Made by a program: the position numbers and the translations under genes | The notes under the pieces: model-generated | What the model was told of the DNA's origin: nothing | The model's database searches: none | Seen by the model: only the letters and a program-made list of their open reading frames with translations | Origin: Octopus sinensis | Lineage: Eukaryota | Direction: 5' to 3' | NCBI RefSeq assembly: GCF_006345805.1 | Contig: NW_021826628.1 | Location: 1-12,355, forward strand | DNA length: 12,355 nucleotides | Shown: positions 8,637 through 12,355 of the stretch, one piece after another | Position numbering within the stretch: position 1 is the first letter of the stretch | How the letters are laid out: every line of letters begins with the position of its first letter

Positions 8637-8637
<1 letters not shown>

Positions 8638-8714
<77 letters not shown>
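8638..8714. repeat. (TA)n microsatellite
   Basis: Direct reading. A second (TA)n tract lies at ~8844-8871. Confidence 0.97.
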
Positions 8715-8840
8715 ATAAGTAGACAAATGAATTATCTTATTACGGATAATTCGAAAGATAACCGATACCTGGGTAGCAAAAATTCACAACAGAAAGGGCA
8801 CGGTTGAAGTTACGACCATAGGGCATAAAATCCGTGCCTA

Positions 8841-8871
<31 letters not shown>

Positions 8872-9456
8872 CGCACACAAATTCACACTCACACTCACAC
8901 ACATATTTTTAAGTATGTGCACGTGGTCGTATGTGTGAGTATATATGTATATATGTGCGCACATATAGCTGCATAGACATTGTACTTTCGAGGCTATATA
9001 CGCATATTCGGGTCTGTATCAAGATGAACAATGTGTGAACGCTACACCACCATTGAAGAGTGTATACATCTGTAACTTGATTTTCCTTTTAATGTTTTTT
9101 TTTTTTACTGTCAGTATATAATCTAGGACATATCTATTGAGGGTCCGTCTACATAGTATATCAGCACACGTGGTGAGTTTGTCAGAGCGGAAGAATATCT
9201 ATCATATATTGTTGACTGTCGTACACACACACAAACACACATACACACACTTACAAATATACACTCAAACACACAGAGACACATACACACATACACATAC
9301 ACACTTGTGTACATTTCTCATATGATAAGACAACCCACAGTTTGCGTTATTCTATTTTTCATACGTCACATTGTTCTGCCTTGTAAGATGAAGACATTAG
9401 AATCCGGCCCCCTGATCCACTTCTCCAACACAACACTTCACTCACAGACACACACG

Positions 9457-9459
<3 letters not shown>

Positions 9460-9487
<28 letters not shown>

Positions 9488-9502
9488 AGTGTGTGTGTGT
9501 GT

Positions 9503-9546
<44 letters not shown>
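9460..9546. repeat. (TA)n(TG)n compound microsatellite
   Basis: Direct reading. Confidence 0.97.
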
Positions 9547-9548
<2 letters not shown>

Positions 9549-9746
9549 GCGCTTTTTCTCTGGGTTTGTGATTTAACCTCCCACTCCCAATTTTGTTGTT
9601 TGTTTTAATTTTCCGTCTTTCTCTCATTAGATTGTCAGAACAAACGAAGTCTGACTAGTAGCTTACTATCTTGATGACTGTTGCTCAGTGTGGGTCTACA
9701 CACATACTTCCGAGTAAACCTGTCAATCTCACTCGAACACCATATG

Positions 9747-9768
9747 CATACATACATACATACATACA

Positions 9769-9802
<34 letters not shown>

Positions 9803-9808
9803 CATACA
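9747..9808. repeat. (CATA)n microsatellite
   Basis: Direct reading. It resumes at ~9876-9893 after the SINE fragment. Confidence 0.95.
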
Positions 9809-9876
9809 ATGGCGGTGCCCCAGCATGGTCACAGCTCGTGAGCTGAAACTAGATGAAATGAAAATGATGAAATGAA
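9808..9876 (+). mobile_element. SINE 3' fragment embedded in (CATA)n
   Basis: GGCGGTGCCCCAGCATGGTCACAGC...CTGAAACTAG plus an ATGAA repeat tail, sharing the family 3' motif. Confidence 0.7.
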
Positions 9877-9934
9877 TACATACATACATACATATGTATT
9901 GACACACAGACAGACACATACACGTATATATACA

Positions 9935-10705
9935 CAGGGTGCGATGGGTAAATTGTGACCTTTTATATACTTAACTTCGTGGTTGATCATTGTTTGTTTT
10001 TGATTTTGTCGACTACATAGTATAGTAGGGTCAGTTGGATACCGTCTGTGAGAAAAACAGGACCATGACGCAATTCACTCTGTCAGTAATTTGGAAACGA
10101 CATGGGGTGGTACTTGGCATTATGAATATTTCAGAGTGTTTGGGTGTTATTCAGAGGACAATTACCGAGAGTGATTAAAAATAAAACATCCTGTAAAGAT
10201 CATGGTGTTTGAACTGATCACTACTGATGGTGACGTTATGCCTGCATTCATCTTCCCACACAGCCTGAGACTCAAAACGGAGGCCTACATCAAGAGCCTG
10301 GTGAAGGTAGTGCTGGCCTATGAAGAGATGGCTGCGTGAAGACGCTATGCCGGTCAACAAGACTCTGCAGCATGTTACACAAGCAGGAGAACCAAGTCAT
10401 GACTGTCAGGTAATTTCTACGACCACTTCACTCCTGACTGCAACCCCCTTGATTATTATGTTGAGCGAGTGACCAACATAACTACTTATAATACTAAAGA
10501 TGAACTAAAGTCAAGGATTATGGCAGCATTCACCAACTTAAACAAGGAGACCGCCCAGAAGAGTTGCAGAGGATTCCGAAGTCGTCTGGTGACCGTGGTT
10601 GAAGCCAATGGTGATTTTATTGAATAAATTTACTCTTTAGCATTTCAAGATATTTTAATGTAATTTTGGTAAATTTATTTGTTGAAACGAGACGTCGGTG
10701 TTATC
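9935..10705 (+). mobile_element. Defective Tc1/mariner-superfamily DNA transposon (maT/DD37D-like)
   Basis: TIR-like start CAGGGTGCGATGGGTAAATTG at 9935 and a transposase remnant at 10184-10627. No matching right TIR was found, so the right boundary is approximate. Confidence 0.75.
10184..10627 (+). pseudogene. DDD transposase C-terminal half
   Basis: One frame with two stops: KHPVKIMVFELITTDGDVMPAFIFPHSLRLKTEAYIKSLVKVVLAYEEMAA*RRYAGQQDSAACYTSRRTKS*LSGNFYDHFTPDCNPLDYYVERVTN...CRGFRSRLVTVVEANGDFIE*. QQDSA and PDCNPLDY are Tc1/mariner catalytic motifs. Confidence 0.9.
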
Positions 10706-10716
10706 ACCATGTTTAT

Positions 10717-10762
10717 TTTTCTTTTATTCTTTTACTTGTTTCAGTCATTTGACTGCGGCCAT
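10717..10762 (-). mobile_element. SINE 3'-terminal fragment
   Basis: Reverse complement reads ATGGCCGCAGTCAAATGACTGAAACAAGTAAAAGAATAAAAG, matching the tails at 2716-2763 and 3387-3425. Confidence 0.75.
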
Positions 10763-11701
10763 ATACATTTAAATATACATTTATATACATTTAAATATGA
10801 TGTGTGGATTGAAAGAGATGATGGACACCCAGACTGCTCCGAACGCTTTCCGGAACGCAACGCAGTACATGTATTTTATCCATATCTTCAGACAAGCCAG
10901 TTTTGCATATATGGTTCTTGATGAAGAAGTGAACTGGCTTCACAATGCTTCATCCATTATTTGTATGACTGTTACTTGATAGCAAGATACACAGCGAAGG
11001 TGAGCCCTTCGCCCAATTGGATATATTATAGAAAAGATGTCAGATAATATCAAAATAGTTCAAAACTAAAAGTTGATTATTTATAATAACAGGTACCACA
11101 ATCCTGCTTGACTTTATACTGCATCCGGTGGTAGGGCCTTAATTCAAGGGTTCCAGAATTTTAAAGGAAAGTAGAAACGCCTCTTAGCCATAATTGTTCC
11201 CTTGTCTACTCTCACCTGATGATGTAGCACCTGTCAGGATCCGCGCTTAACGTGTCAGTAATTGCCCCCGGAAGAAAGTTACTCGACGAATCCAGAGCAG
11301 TTTGAAAGACATGAATGTGTTTGGCTCTGCACAAAACGTGTACATTATTAAAATAAATCCTTCTTGCATTGTAGGATAATTGAATGGGCGTTTAAAAACA
11401 GGGGGAAATGAGGGGTCCTAGGACACATATATATGGTTATACTTAACCCAAACCTGGCTTCCTCTGCAGCTCCAGCGATTCTGTGAACGAATTGACTTGT
11501 CTCTCAATCGTGACTTAACCATGAATGAAGAGGTAATAAATATGCAAGGGGCGGGGTACATGCTTCTGGAAGCAACCCAGACACAGCAGATGTGGTCAAG
11601 TTTTTCTCTCTCAAAAATAGGAAAACAAATCACCGGGCATGTATACGGTATAAGGTCCGATGTATGTGTTATAAAATAGAAATTTTGGCTTGCATAGTAC
11701 C

Positions 11702-11940
11702 TATTTCTTTATTACCCACAAGGGGCTAAACATAGAGGGGACAAACAAGGACAGACATAGGTATTATGTCGATTACATCGACCCCAGTGCGTAACTGGTA
11801 CTTAATTTATCGACCCCGAAAGGATGAAAAGCAAAGTCGACCTCGGCGGAATTTGAACTCACAACGTAACAGCAGACGAAGTACCGCAAAGCATTTCGCC
11901 CGGCGTGCTAACGCTTCTGCTAGCTCACCTGCTAGCTCGC
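11702..11940 (-). mobile_element. Full-length tRNA-derived SINE of a second family, with target-site duplication
   Basis: B box GAGTTCAAATTCC (11860-11848) and A-box-like TAGCAGAAGCGTTAG near 11922-11908. Flanked by the direct repeat GCTTGCATAGTACC at 11688-11701 and 11939-11952. Confidence 0.88.
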
Positions 11941-12313
11941 TTGCATAGTACCACACTGCCTTAACTGACCACATACAAAATCACCAAGAACAAGGCAAAT
12001 ACCAAACTTTTGGGAACTTCATATATGGTTGCAGATCAAAGGTTATATTGGTTTGCGCTACCAAGTTATTGTTTGAAGCGGCACTATACAATACAAAACG
12101 ACTTCACCGGAACCAAAGAGCATAAGTGTCACAATTAAAGGACTTCCTGTGTGTTTCTGGCCTACTTGTTTAGCTTCCGAGTATTTCTAGACCTCCGTGA
12201 ACTGTTACTTCAAATACGCTTCCCACATAATGCTTCATCCATTGTTTGACTGTTTATCTAGCAGAACTCCCTATTACGTTAGCCTGCTGGGGATGACGAC
12301 GATGGATCTTACC

Positions 12314-12355
12314 TGTATGTATGTATGTATGTATGTATGTATGTATGTATGTATG
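12314..12355. repeat. (TGTA)n microsatellite running off the window end
   Basis: Direct reading. Confidence 0.97.

Noticed and set aside
11848-11930. tRNA gene suggested by A and B boxes
   Set aside because: No cloverleaf or acceptor stem. It continues into a SINE body bounded by a TSD.

Overview
AT-rich, repeat-dense eukaryotic DNA with no recognisable host gene. The SINEs and microsatellites resemble octopus/cephalopod repeats, which is recognition from memory and is not verified. The centrepiece is a 3.4-kb Penelope-like retroelement (PLE, probably Neptune-type) at 3877-7260. Its minus-strand ORF is frameshifted and encodes RT, a Cys-rich linker and a GIY-YIG endonuclease. Two 165-bp inverted repeats (160/165 identical) bracket it. 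Its 3' pseudo-LTR holds a CCAAT/TATA promoter-like cassette followed by a minimal type I hammerhead ribozyme (4010-4054, minus strand) with a palindromic stem III typical of dimer-cleaving forms. The inverted copy is truncated inside that ribozyme. A second, unrelated and degenerate hammerhead-like motif lies at 7401-7436. The rest of the window holds tRNA-derived SINEs (one with a 14-bp target-site duplication), an RTE-like LINE remnant, a Tc1/mariner (maT/DD37D-like) transposase pseudogene, a hAT-like MITE and many microsatellites. Most short ORFs in the supplied track are microsatellite or antisense artefacts.
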